Shown: positions 1 through 12,929 of the stretch, piece by piece
How positions within the stretch are numbered: position 1 is the stretch's first letter
Layout of the letters: every line of letters starts with the position of its first letter
Source of the DNA: Octopus bimaculoides
Lineage: Eukaryota
Assembly: GCF_001194135.2 (NCBI RefSeq)
Contig: NC_069000.1
Coordinates: 5,069,920 to 5,110,670 of the forward strand
Direction of reading: 5' to 3'
DNA: 40,751 nt
Notes under the pieces: model-generated
What the model was told of the DNA's origin: nothing
The model's database searches: none
Seen by the model: only the letters and a program-made list of their open reading frames with translations
Position numbers and translations under genes: made by a program

Positions 1-53
1 CTCTCTCTCTCTCTCTCTCTCCCTCCCTCTCTGTGTCTTTCTCTACACTTAAC

Positions 54-112
<59 letters not shown>

Positions 113-462
113 GTCACTGTCTCTCTCCTCTTCTGTTTCTGTCTTTCACTTCATGTAGCTCTTTTTAGTTCTCTATATCTCAGCTCTCTCTCTCTCTGTA
201 GCTCAGAATCTATCAAATTTAGCTCATTATATATCCACGTACCTCACACAGTCTGCAGTTGCCTCTCTTTCTCTCTCACTCTCTCTCTCTCTATCTTTCT
301 ACTGAGGTCTTTCATCTTTTCTCTTTATATCCTTTCCTACTTCCAGCTCTCTTTCGTTTTCTCTTTATTTCTGATATCATTCACTACTCTCTCACTATCT
401 ACCACACTTTAGCTCAATTTACATCCACATAGATTTCTATGCTTGCATCTTACTCCCTCCCC

Positions 463-500
<38 letters not shown>

Positions 501-604
501 AGCTGTCTATCTATCTACCTACCTCTCTGTGTCTTCTGTCTCTGTCTCTCTCTCACAGTCTCTCTGTCACTGTCTCTCTCTCTATCTATCTACCTATCTA
601 TCTG

Positions 605-671
<67 letters not shown>

Positions 672-807
672 CTCTCTCTCTCTCTCTCTCTATCGTCATG
701 TCTATCACATTTTAATTCATTTTACATCAAAGCACCTCACTGTATTTCTCCCTCTCCATCTTCCAGTCTCTCAACATTTTCTTTCTCTACCTCTCCCAAT
801 ATCCATC

Positions 808-879
<72 letters not shown>

Positions 880-905
880 CCTCTCTCTATCTATCTTTCT
901 ATCTA
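1..905. repeat. Compound (CT)n/(ATCT)n microsatellite region
   Basis: Direct inspection; explains ORF 439..1002. Confidence 0.95.
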
Positions 906-1389
906 TCTCCCTCCATTTATATATCTATTACAGTTTCTTTCATCATCTTGTTTCTCACTGTTTATCAAAATTCTTCTCGCTCACACATCCGCATCTCTCT
1001 AACAGTTTGAAATTTTCTCTCTCTTTCTCGACTCCGATCTCACTCGGTCTCTGCTTGTATCCCGCTCTCTTTCATTTTATATTACCACGTCCCTCCTCTC
1101 TCTCATTTTTTTTCTAATCATCGATTTCACTCAGATTCTCCCATCTCCCTCCCTTCCTCTACCCTTCGATTAATCATTCTTTTTCTCTCCCCTCCTACCT
1201 TCACACTTCGTCACCTCCCTTTCTGATATTACCACGACTCTCACTCCCTCCGCTTCATTCTTCTTTCTTTCTCCCTTTTTCTCAATAACTTTCTGTTTCT
1301 CCCTATAATAAACCTTATTCTGGAATCTTTTGCACAATATATATATATATGTTCAGTCTGTTTCTCTCTAGTCCTACTTCGACAATGCC

Positions 1390-1459
<70 letters not shown>

Positions 1460-1836
1460 NNNNNNNNNNNNNNNNNNNNNNNNNNNNNNNNNNNNNNNNN
1501 NNNNNNNNNNNNNNNNNNNNNNNNNNNNNNNNNNNNNNNNNNNNNNNNNNNNNNNNNNNNNNNNNNNNNNNNNNNNNNNNNNNNNNNNNNNNNNNNNNNN
1601 NNNNNNNNNNNNNNNNNNNNNNNNNNNNNNNNNNNNNNNNNNNNNNNNNNNNNNNNNNNNNNNNNNNNNNNNNNNNNNNNNNNNNNNNNNNNNNNNNNNN
1701 NNNNNNNNNNNNNNNNNNNNNNNNNNNNNNNNNNNNNNNNNNNNNNNNNNNNNNNNNNNNNNNNNNNNNNNNNNNNNNNNNNNNNNNNNNNNNNNNNNNN
1801 NNNNNNNNNNNNNNNATATATATAGATATATATATT

Positions 1837-2112
1837 CCTCGTAAAAGAGAAGCTGTTCTTTGACGAAGACAAGAACTATTACCATATTGCATGTGCCATC
1901 GAACTGTCGGAGAAGAGGTAACATACGCTGTTTGATAAATCTCTTCTCCAACAGTTCGATGTCACGTGCAATATGGTAATCGTTCTTGTCTTCGTCAAAG
2001 AACAGCTTCTTAAGCAATCAAAATGTCGTTTTACATTCTGTGTCACTCATTGCATCCTTTGTTTTGAGGTTCTCTTCATCACTTCTCCGGATGAAGTGAA
2101 ACTGACCTCGTA
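1837..2112 (+). mobile_element. Possible mariner 3'-end remnant containing the foldback
   Basis: The arm translates as KLFFDEDKNYYHIACAIELSEKR, weakly like mariner C-termini (YF...DKSYY..GI..LEKRW). 2085-2112 read on the minus strand as TACGAGGTCAGTTTCACTTCATCCGGAG resembles a TA-CGAGG mariner TIR. Confidence 0.35.
1848..2010. repeat. 70-bp-arm inverted repeat (foldback hairpin) with a 23-nt loop
   Basis: 1848-1917 versus the reverse complement of 1941-2010: 66/70 identical, no gaps. Confidence 0.95.
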
Positions 2113-3275
2113 AAATACAGCGTCGTTTGAATATTTTTTAAACATGACGTAACCTTTCCGCCCCTATGGATAAACACAGTCGATTTATCCCAAAGAGAGA
2201 GAGAGAGAGAGGTGGGAAGAGTGAGAGAGAGTGAGCAAAGTAGAGAGAAGTGGAGAAAACTTCTACTTCAAACATTCAACATCATTGATATAAGAATCGT
2301 ACAATAATACAACGTCTCTTTCTTCCGTAAATGTATGGTTTTTGTTTACTACCCATCAAACTATATTGGCATTTGAAAGGTATTGGTTTGTCTCACAAAA
2401 TAGTGTATTCACAGCTTTTGCGAATGTAAGAAGTGATGTATTTCAAGTATGTTTTTACCAGCAATATACACTTTAAGTAACTATAGAAGGGATTTTCAAC
2501 AAGCTTCTCCGACTACCTTTCATTCAGTAATAAATATAACTCGATTGCATTTGATATAAAAAAAGAACTCCTCTCACAGAGGATACCATTCTCCATGCAT
2601 GTATCTTATCTTTAATATTTAATCGTATTAGTACTGAAGCATTGTATCATGTGTTTAAGCTAAACATAAATGTCTTCTTTGTTATATTAGAATACTCACA
2701 TGCACTACATGACAGTCTCGAACTCCACTATCCCTACAGACAAGCTTCAAAATATTTACTTTGAAATACTTTTGCCGTTTCTTCTCTTCAACCTCGCACG
2801 CGGCTAGTTCTTTGAATCTACTTCAGGCAACTGAATTTCGAACATTATAGATTGATGATTACATGTTTTTCTCTATATAAGTTTGCTTTTTATCCTTCCA
2901 AGACTTGGCTAAGCTATACATTCACATTTTACCTCCTATCAATTTTTGGAAAAAATATTTTTTGAAAGCGTCCATTTTGTTTCCCCCATATGCCTATTAT
3001 ACTTTGAAATTCTTCTCCAATCCTTTTCGTCTACTCTTTGTCTACACACATGTCTTTTTATATTCATATAGTTGAACGTATTCCATTCACGTTTATATAT
3101 CTATAAGCATATTATCTATATATTGTCTTTTATTTACACATTCTCACTAATTTTTTCCTTCTATTTCAATCTTCTTTCTGCGGTTTCCTTTCTTTTCTCT
3201 AACTAACAATAATATTTCTTGTTCCATTACTTTTTGAATATTATTAACCCATTACTCTTTAATTCTCCCCATCTC

Positions 3276-3323
<48 letters not shown>

Positions 3324-3389
3324 GCCGACTATTTGTTCGTCTGTCTATCTATTTATCCGTCTGTCTACTTATTTGTTACTGTATTTACC

Positions 3390-3446
<57 letters not shown>

Positions 3447-3948
3447 TTGTATATATTTGTGTATATCAGCATGACTTCGGTATGCCTATAAGCTGCATCC
3501 AGTAACAGGGCCCTGGCACCACAGTTCGAGGGTTTCGAAGACTGCAAAACCGTCAACGCTTCTAATCCGGAAGATTAGAGGCTGTTAGGGTCCAAGCTAT
3601 ACGTTGACGTGCATGAACCAATGGAAATAAAGGACCTCTAGTTTCCTTTAAAATTTCCCGCTAGGGAAAGGCAAACACGTACAAAAACGCATGAATTGCA
3701 GTTGGTTTATGGTTGTCTCAACATCTTTTGTGCAACCGATTTTATACCCAACATTTCCGAAAAGTGTGTTTTGTACTCTGCAACTCTTTATCAACTCAAA
3801 ACAAATATTTGCGCACAAGAAGTTGGAGTCTTTGAACGTCTGCAGATACATACTGAGTTTAGGAATTGATCTCATTCGGTCGCGGGTTAAATATTACCAT
3901 ACACCAACACACACACACACACACAAACACACATGTGTGTTGTGACAG

Positions 3949-4044
3949 AGAAGCAATACTAAGATCATATTACTCGACGGAAGTTGTGTTGCTGATGTAA
4001 TTTCATACGTAATCTCTGCTCTCCTGGGCGGAGTTTATTTCACG
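3949..4044 (+). other. Candidate 96-nt symmetric exon (unverified)
   Basis: ACAG acceptor at 3947-48 and a strong ACG|GTAAGT donor at 4045. The frame RSNTKIILLDGSCVADVISYVISALLGGVYFT is open, with an in-frame stop just upstream of the acceptor. The pyrimidine tract is weak and no homolog is recognised. Confidence 0.2.
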
Positions 4045-4239
4045 GTAAGTTTCCACTCGAAATGGATGACTTCGGCAGAATTTTCTTGTTCTTTCATTCT
4101 TAATTTCACTGATTTGACTTCGTCCCAATGCCATTGTTCTGCCTTGAATCTATTTAATCGAACGTATCGATCTAGGAACTAATTCTCATTAGGGTTTGAC
4201 ACCTATTTTATCGATTTGTATTACACTTATTTTTTCTCT

Positions 4240-4325
4240 TACGTTGCAGCGTCAGCAAAAGTATCTGCGCCGTTTAATAACGGTGTGTAGGTTCTGAGTT
4301 CAAATGTTGTCGAAGTCCACTTTGG
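4240..4325 (+). mobile_element. SINE family A fragment
   Basis: TCTGAGTTCAAATGTTGTCGAAGTCCACTTTG matches the family core. Confidence 0.55.
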
Positions 4326-4561
4326 TCTTAAACAGCCTATATTCCCATGAACATTCTGCATGGAAATGGATTTATAAGATAAAAAAAGGATATACTAAAT
4401 TCTAAGGCTCTACGTGACCCCTTGATTTACTTGTAGTAGAAGCCAATTCCGTTTCAAAGCCTACAGTTTGCTGTCTGAGTCGCCTTAAGATATTGGTTTC
4501 AAATGTTGGTACAAGTTCAGGAATTTCATGGGGAGGTTTTAAGTCCATCACAGTTCTCAAG

Positions 4562-4725
4562 TAGTACTTATTTTTCGGATGCTGAAAGGATGAAGAGCAA
4601 ATTCGACCCCGAAGGATGAAAGGCAAAGTAGACACCGGCGACATTTGAACTCGGAGCGTAAATACGAACGAAATACCGTTAACCATTTCGCCCGGCGTGC
4701 TAGTGATTCTGTTTGTTCGCCGCCT
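4562..4725 (-). mobile_element. SINE family A copy (GTTCTGAGTTCAAAT..GTCGACTTTGCCTTTCATCC..GGGGTCGAT type)
   Basis: Shares its head (AGGCGG..GCACGCCGGGCGAAATG), B-box-like GAGTTCAAAT and body with 4817-5029, 13685-13873 and 39176-39391. The central domain resembles Meta/MESC-type SINE domains (from memory). Confidence 0.8.
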
Positions 4726-4816
4726 TTCTGTCTTAGAATATTGAGAATACATTTGGTAAGTGCTCCAGGACGCAGTTTGCCACAAAAAGCGATTGGATTA
4801 TATGTATAATTATAAT

Positions 4817-5029
4817 GGTTTCAAATTTTGGCACGAGGCCAGCAATTTCGTGGGCAGGTATAAAACAATTACAGTGACCTCAGTGCTCTACTGGTAGTTA
4901 TTTCATCAACCCCGAAAGGATAAAAGACAAAGGTGACCTCGGCGGAATTTTGAATTCAGAACCTAAAGATAACGAAATGCCGCTTAGCATTTTCTCCAGC
5001 GTGCTAAAGCTTCTACTAGCTCACCGCCT
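4817..5029 (-). mobile_element. SINE family A copy, near full length
   Basis: Collinear with the plus-strand copy at 39176-39391, including the tail (AAATTGCTGGCC..GTGCC..AATTTGAAACC). Confidence 0.8.
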
Positions 5030-5134
5030 TTATGCATACTTATTATAAAAGACATGCCAGCCGTGACCATCCTCTTTCCAGGTTATCGAAAGTATTGTGT
5101 TCTACGACAGCGAGATGTAATTTAAATCTGCAGA

Positions 5135-5336
5135 GAGACAGACAGATAGACAGACAGACAGACAGGCAGGCAGATAGAAAGAGAGATACATAGATAGATA
5201 GATAGATAGATAGATAGTTGAAGACACAGCCAAAGGCGGACTGTTACATTTCATTCTTACTCACATAGAGACAAACACAGGAAACACACGGTCTATAGGC
5301 ACACATATTTCAGACTCAAAGACAGATTCACATTTA

Positions 5337-5397
<61 letters not shown>

Positions 5398-5403
5398 TGT
5401 ATG

Positions 5404-5449
<46 letters not shown>

Positions 5450-5480
5450 CATATTATGTTATATTATATTATATTACATT
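5135..5480. repeat. (GACA)/(GATA), (AC)n and (AT)n microsatellites
   Basis: Direct inspection. Confidence 0.95.
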
Positions 5481-6211
5481 ATATTATATATTATTCAGGA
5501 ACGTCGCAAAAGAATCAAAAGATAAGAGATTCGATGTTGAAGAACAAAAGATTAGAGATCAGAGAGTCGTGTGTGTCTGCGTCTGTGTATGTGAGGTGAG
5601 TGCGCGTGCGTGCGTGCGAGTGTGTGCATGTGCGCGTGCGTCTGTATGTGTGTGCGTGTGAGTGTGTGTGAGGCGGAGAATAAGATTTATCTATTCATCT
5701 TTTGAAATTGGCATATTCTACAGATAGAAAAGAAAACCGTGCGTTGCTCACAGAAGAAAGAACTTGCCGAAGTAGTGGAATCTTTAGTGTTTGATTAAAC
5801 AGAGCTTCAAGAGAATTTAAGACAAACTTCCCCTTCTTGTGTCAGAAACCTAAATAGGAAATTTTAAAAGTAAAAAGAAGATGAAAACAAAAAAACAAAA
5901 ATAAAAAATGGTGTGTGTTTGAGTTTAAATGAATGTTCGACAATATGTAATAGTAAAGGTGTTGCTGTTGGGTGTTGATTGCTTTTGTTGAGGTTGTTGT
6001 TGTCGTTTAGCCTTGGGCAACCTCCGATGAAACCCACCTATGATCAAAGACATTTGGTGTGTCACCATTGTTATGTTTCTCGTTTCCCTCAAAGTGATTA
6101 CATCCAAAGCCAATGTATTCAATGTCTCTTACAGTTTTAAAGACGTTATGGTGGCATTTCAGCGAGAATCGAACGAGATTTGGTTGCTCAACTCACGATT
6201 ATATAAGTGGT

Positions 6212-6535
6212 GTGAAGGCGCGTGGTTTTGTGGTTATGGTATGCGGCTCACGATCGTAAAGTCGTAATTTTGATTCCCAGGCGACGCAGCGTATTCTTGA
6301 GCGAGACACTTTATTCCGCGTTGCTCCGGTCCACTCATCTGGCAAAAATGAGTGCCGTTTGTATTTCAAAGGGCAAGCCTTGTCACATTCAGTATCACGC
6401 TGAATGTCTCTGACAACCGCGTTAAGGGTACACGCGTCTGTGGAGAGCTCAGTCACTTGCACATTTATTTCACTGGCAGGCTGTTCGTTGATCGGAACAA
6501 TTGTAACCCTAGCCGTCGTAACCGACGGAGGGCTA
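6212..6535 (+). mobile_element. tRNA-derived CORE-like SINE (family B)
   Basis: GTGAAGGCGCGTGG head and the CORE-like TTCTTGAGCGAGACACTTTATT..CGTTGCTCC block, shared with 16464-16680 and 24591-24888. Confidence 0.7.
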
Positions 6536-7064
6536 ATGACTTTTTTATATATATGTATATACATGTACATTCAGAATGAATATTCATTTATTCAATCAGC
6601 GGAATTAATTATTCGTTAAATTAGCCCATAATAGGCTGAATATTCCGTAGATACTATACCTTAAAATAATATTCAGGGACGATTGGCCTCAGAGAACGTG
6701 GACGTCGGGGACCTTAAATCACAGATTCAGTGTATTAGACAGACTTCGATACTATTTCCATTGACCTAATTTCACCTGTGAGGGATGGGTACGCTCGAGT
6801 ACTCGTGGTTATCATGTCAGACCGTTATTCACAATAAACAACCCTTGTGTATCTATCTGTCTATCTACCTATCTATCTATCTCTCTATCTCTGTGATGTA
6901 TCTTTAATTTTGTTCGTACCCTTTTGGTAGATGAAACCCCCCCACCAACTTTTGGGTGTTGCTTTTTGTCTTTCGCTGTTTTCCTCAGTGGCCGATGGAA
7001 ATGAAAATTATCGGTCTATTTTCCACCACCACTACCAATACCATAACCATCATCATATTCGTCA

Positions 7065-7093
7065 TCACCACCACCACCACCACAACAACAACA

Positions 7094-7155
<62 letters not shown>

Positions 7156-7505
7156 CACTACTTCTACTACTATCATTATTTTATTAATATCATTATTGTT
7201 ATACCCGAATTTTCTCAAACATTGCATCTAATAACGCTGCAGCAAGTTGTGTTGAGAGACGAAATTCATTCCACCTGTTTGCAGTTGGACGAGTCTTAAT
7301 TAGTTTACTTAATCTGAGAGAATCTCACCGATGGCGATGTGAACGGGCAAACATTGTTATAATAACATTTATCTTCACAGATCTCAGATAACAACGGTAG
7401 CAAAAACAACAATAGGAAACAATGGACAGCAACGAAACCGACTACGACTACAGCAACAACAACAATATTAAAAATAATAGCAATACTAATAATAATAATA
7501 GTAAC

Positions 7506-7590
<85 letters not shown>

Positions 7591-7706
7591 GTAATAATAA
7601 TAACAGTAGAAACAATGCCAACAACGGCAACAAAATTAACAACTGCAAAATAATAGTAATAGTAATTAGTAATTAAAGCAATAATAATAACAGTAATAAC
7701 AATAAC

Positions 7707-7800
<94 letters not shown>

Positions 7801-7808
7801 GTAATAAC

Positions 7809-7900
<92 letters not shown>

Positions 7901-7930
7901 TAATAATAATAATATTAACAAGAACAACAA
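7065..7930. repeat. Trinucleotide tracts: CAC-CAA-TAC (7065-7170) and a long (AAT)n (7440-7930)
   Basis: Direct inspection; explains the poly-I, poly-N, poly-L and poly-Y ORFs. Confidence 0.95.
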
Positions 7931-8265
7931 GTACAAGTACAGGAGTTATTGTAATGGCAACAAAAAGCACGACTGCGGCAATGGAATGAACAGTGGCATC
8001 AGCAGCCAGAGGAGTAGTGGTGGCAGTGGTAATGGATAAGTGCAACAACGGCAGCAATTTCAACAACAAGAATAGCAGGAGAAAGAGATGTGACAGGAAA
8101 AGAGACGAGAGGAACCAAAGAGCAGTGGGAATGGCAGCCTCAAAAAACCCGGCTGCTTACCACCGCTAACACGCTAGAGTGCTAAAGGGCTAATGTGACT
8201 GTACCAAGGACTTCTTATACTTCCTTCTCCTCCTCCTCTTGCTCCTCTTCTTTCTCATAATCATC

Positions 8266-8300
<35 letters not shown>

Positions 8301-9864
8301 ACGATAAGACCGTTATTTAACTCACACACACACTCACACACATACATATATATATATATATATTTATATATATATGTGTGTATATATCCGTACGCTTATG
8401 TATATAGTTTTCGCTGTGGATATTTTATGGTGCCTTTATGTATATGTAGGAGGATATGCATTTATTCCCAAGGAAGTGTCGAACAGAAATTGGGGCGTCA
8501 AGGAGAAATAACGCATGGTTTTCAGTTCCGTCACATTCATTACCCTTTACGCCATGTTCGCCTCGCACCCTTTTCTTCTTCTTTCATGAAATTGATCAAC
8601 TGAACACGGCACAAACCCGAGGGTGATTGAAATAGTATAATTAGGCTATCGATTTAAAGAACCATTGATGCCTAAGCTCCAGTATGGTCGTAGTCCAATG
8701 ATTGGAACTAGCAACAATATTAATCCAAAATAAATGAATAAAATAGAATAAAAAGTATTATAACAGCGACCAGAATAACATAAACCAAAGCAACAGTCTC
8801 AACTACAGCAAGAACAGCAATAACGACCACTAAATACTACAACAGCAACAACTATAATAACAAAAACATCAGCTACAACCAATTGTCACGCACACATCTT
8901 TAGTCAGATAAATTAGAATGCAATTTCTGTCGGTGTTGTTGGAGAAAATGATGATGATGATGGCTGTGGTGGTGGTGCTGGTGGCGGTGATGGTGAAAAT
9001 TGATTATTTTTCTGTCAAAGAAGTTTACGCATTTAAATTTAACTGCGTTCGTTTGAAACCTTCAAAAAAAAAAAAAAGAGAAAAGAATAGAAAAGAAAGG
9101 AGAGAAAGAATCGATGCAATTTGTGTCATGGCGTGTTTCAAGTTAGAGTAGATCATTATCTTTATCATTATCTCTAGCCGTGTCTATCATGATCATCCAA
9201 TGCTCCACCACACCGCCTTCTACCGTTGGCGTACAGGAGGCAGCGTATAGTCTTTCGCTTGTCTGGTGGCTATGTCGAAGCAAGTTGTGTGTTGGATGCG
9301 GTTGTAAGCTTTGAAGATTCAACGAGTTTTCTTTCTAAAGACAATCCCTTTTGAAATCGAAAGGGAGATGCTGCCTTCCAGTTAAAATTTCTGAATGATA
9401 AATGACAGAGGCATCAATTGGCGTGGTTATATGATCCATCAAACACGAACTATGCCGGCGTAGATTAGCGTCAGAGGCCGGGAGGTTGCTGCTGGCATGA
9501 CAGAGTTTTCAGAGGATAAATGCAATGTATTTTGAATATCCGTATCTAGTATCCTCCCCCGTCAATTTGTGCATCCTTCTGTGCTATATATTTTTTCTTG
9601 ACTGTTATTTTTTCTCTGATATCTATATTTAATTATATACATATATATTTAATCTCCGTTGTTATTTTTAATTATATACTTTCCTGTTTGTTTAACTCAC
9701 CTGTTTTTTACTGCCTGCAGAACTTACAGATTCCTGTTAGTTGCCTTTCTTTTTTTTCTTTGTATCTTCTCTTCGACATCATGGCTCCTCAGTCCGAAAT
9801 TATTGTATGGTATTGACTATACTCTATCCTCAAACGTTACTAGCTTGGTGTCTAAACCAAAGCT

Positions 9865-10950
9865 CATTATCATCATTATTACCACGCGAGTTTCTAATGC
9901 TCTACTCGGCGCATTTCTATGCTCCTGAAGTGTGCGGAGTACTGTGTTCTTTTATATCTGGGCTGAGTGGTGGAGTATAGACTCTTCCTGTTATCATGTA
10001 ATATCATTATTCTTTTTTCTTTCTACCATGAATGTTTAACTTCTTTGCTTCTTGTGTTATAATAGTATTTGCTCAGCTGTGTATTGTTTGCATGTAATAC
10101 GAGTTGTTACTTTATTGGGAATTAATTTTGAAGAGCGTTTCTTGCATGAATTGTGTCCCTTTATTTGATTTCCTGCTTGATTGCGTATGATATGTTTTGT
10201 TTGTGAATTTCTTGTATTTCATTTGTGCTACTGAATCGGTAATGTCTCACGAAGAATACAGACTCATCTTAGTGTATTTTTTGTCCTGATATGGCCTCTG
10301 TGAATTTGTTGATATATCTGTTGATGTAATATTAATGATACCACTTTTCCCTTCAGAATCCTACATAAATATTCAATTTCAAGAACCGTTTATTGAGATA
10401 GTTCTTTCCATTTTTCAGGGTAATATTTTGGTGAGCTGGATGTTCCCATTTATTAGTGTGCATGCGTTTCTTTTGTTAGGCCGTGATTTTTATGTCCAGA
10501 TAGTTTTCATTTCCCTCGCATCCCAGATGATTACGGCTATGATCAGGGTGTGGTACATGTTTTATCACCTTCATGTGTGTTTCAACGGTGAAGAATCGGT
10601 ATACTTCCAAGTAAACATCACTGTCAACTCGATCAAATCTGTTTAAGTATTCAGATTTGAAAAAGGACTTGACATGCAGAAATGATGTAAGCCGTTGCTT
10701 TATGCGGGTGGCACATCCTGCATGTACGGGTGTCTTTTCAAAATTTTGTTGCAATCGGGCATTGGTATTGTTCAACCAGAATCAATCCTTCCCGACCTAT
10801 TTTTGGATCAGAGCTTTAAGTATATTCTTGGCTTTGGCTATATTATTGGCGACGAAATTTATTTGTTTTCTGTCTCTCCGTGTCTTCAACCATCTCAGGT
10901 TGTGTTGTTATCTCCTCTGCTTTCTACTTTAACTCTTCCTTGTGCATAAA
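9865..10950 (-). mobile_element. 3' portion of an R4/Dong-like non-LTR retrotransposon (CCHC plus RLE endonuclease region and 3' UTR), decayed
   Basis: Minus strand, with frameshifts, gives RWLK, then CRMCHPHKATAYIISACQVL (zinc knuckle with His->Tyr, ~10670-10722), EYLNRFDRV, IIWD, PAHQNITLK and ILRETLPIQ* (stop at 10228-10230). About 360 bp of putative 3' UTR follows, ending in a short TAA/TGA tandem near 9865. The motif order matches R4-clade RLE elements. Confidence 0.65.
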
Positions 10951-11834
10951 GTGATAGTGTGCTGTCAACTTAATGAAAGGGAAGAAATGTCATAAATCCA
11001 ACAGGAGACAGTGTTTCTCATGGCTAAATAACAGTAGCATTGTTCCCTTTCACGGGACTGCCACATTAAATTGACAACATACTATCACTTTACTGTGCTT
11101 CTACTGCATAAATCTCTCTGAGAGATTTACAAATGTATTATTTCTCTTCCTTGTGCATTATTACATTCCCCAGCCTTTCATGCTTTGTTTTAAAGTCGTT
11201 CTCTAGTCGTACTCTTGTTATTTTATAATAGTTTTCTATTTTCATCAGATTACCTACACCTTGGGTCGACGGTAGGTATATTCGGTTTATAAATGCTACT
11301 CCTTTCGCCTCCAGTCTAATATATTTAAGCAGCAATTATAAATGGCATGGTTAGTGTATTTCTATCTATTATCTACGAGAGCGCATGGGCTAAGTGCTAG
11401 GGCATTGCACATACGAACGGGAAATAGTGGTCTTAATTCTTGGGGAGGAAAAATCATACAGTAGGTATTCACATTGGCAATAGAGTGAACTGACAAACAG
11501 GTGAAATGAGAGTATACCTGCAATTAATTATCTAAGGTAAAAAAAAAAAAACCATCAAAAGTTTTTACATTTTAAAAAGATCATGCGAAAGAAAGCGATG
11601 ACGTCATTGGATCAGTGGATCAAATAAGTTATAATAATCAATAGAAAGACATGGCAGTCATCAGCATATGGGCAGCCTGATCGCTCCCAACGATCAGCAA
11701 CAGACCAAATAACAACAACAAAAATAATAGTTTTTTTTTTTAATAAGCGCAGGACCATACATTTAGTTTGAGAAGCAGAACAATCGATGAAATTAATTCG
11801 CATCTTTGGTTGGTGTTTTTATTTTATCGATCAA

Positions 11835-11945
11835 GGAAGGATAAAAAGGAAATTTGATCCCAGTGGTATTTGAACCCAGAACGTAAAGAACCGGAACAAT
11901 TCCGACAAAGCGCTTTGTTGCTGATACGCTAGCGCTGTTGCCAAT
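11835..11945 (-). mobile_element. SINE family A-related fragment, diverged
   Basis: AAGGATAAAAAGGAAATTTGATCCCAGTGGTATTTGAACCCAGAACGTAAAG aligns by eye to the family core on the minus strand. Confidence 0.5.
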
Positions 11946-12355
11946 CTGAAACAATACACCTGAAATCAATAATCTTTGTTCTTTAGTCTTTACTCTTATT
12001 TTATTCCTACTTGTGTCCAAATAAATTTCAACAATCTGCAAAAACATTTTTGGCAAACGTACCAAAATATTTCGTTTGTGAGAAATTATAGCAAAAGTCG
12101 ATATTTGGATATTGTTTTGGCAAGGTGATAGCTAATTCCAGAAGATATATGGCAATGGTATCTGCTGGAAACTATTTGTGATGAATATTAATCAGTCAAG
12201 CATGAATGCAACTGTGTTTGTAGAATCTTAGGTTATTCTGAGAATATTCGTTTATTTTCGATTCCTTGCTAAAATTTAAACAGAAGAATGATGGGATGAC
12301 AAAAGTAATTTAGAATATAAACACACACACAAACATACATACATACATACACACA

Positions 12356-12400
<45 letters not shown>

Positions 12401-12413
12401 GTATGTATGTATG

Positions 12414-12468
<55 letters not shown>

Positions 12469-12929
12469 GTATATCAGGTACATACATGATTTAATGCCAG
12501 CCACAGATGTTTTATACCTTTGATAATGCAATAGTCGGGTGAGCATGTATAACGTACCGCGTATTATCAGGCAATCACTCAGGCTTAAACATTACACAGT
12601 TACTCTCTGACAAAATGTGATAAAAACTAAAAGGAAAAATAAAGATAAAATTAAAAACGAATGAGAAAAAGGAGCATAGAAGGATAATATATAAGAACTC
12701 GGTACGTTTGACCCGTTTGAATAGCTAATTTGACAGGGAAAGATGAAAGTTTATGAAATTGCATGTTCAATTCGGTGATGGCAGTGTTTTCCAGTTCGAT
12801 AAGAGAAACCTACCTATATGTTTATATTTAATGAAAATTTCGGTATCTAGATTTCAGTAGATCTTAACGTTCAAAGAGCAAGCCATTTTAAGCGTCGTAC
12901 ATTTTATGATAGGGGTTTAAGCTATCGAC

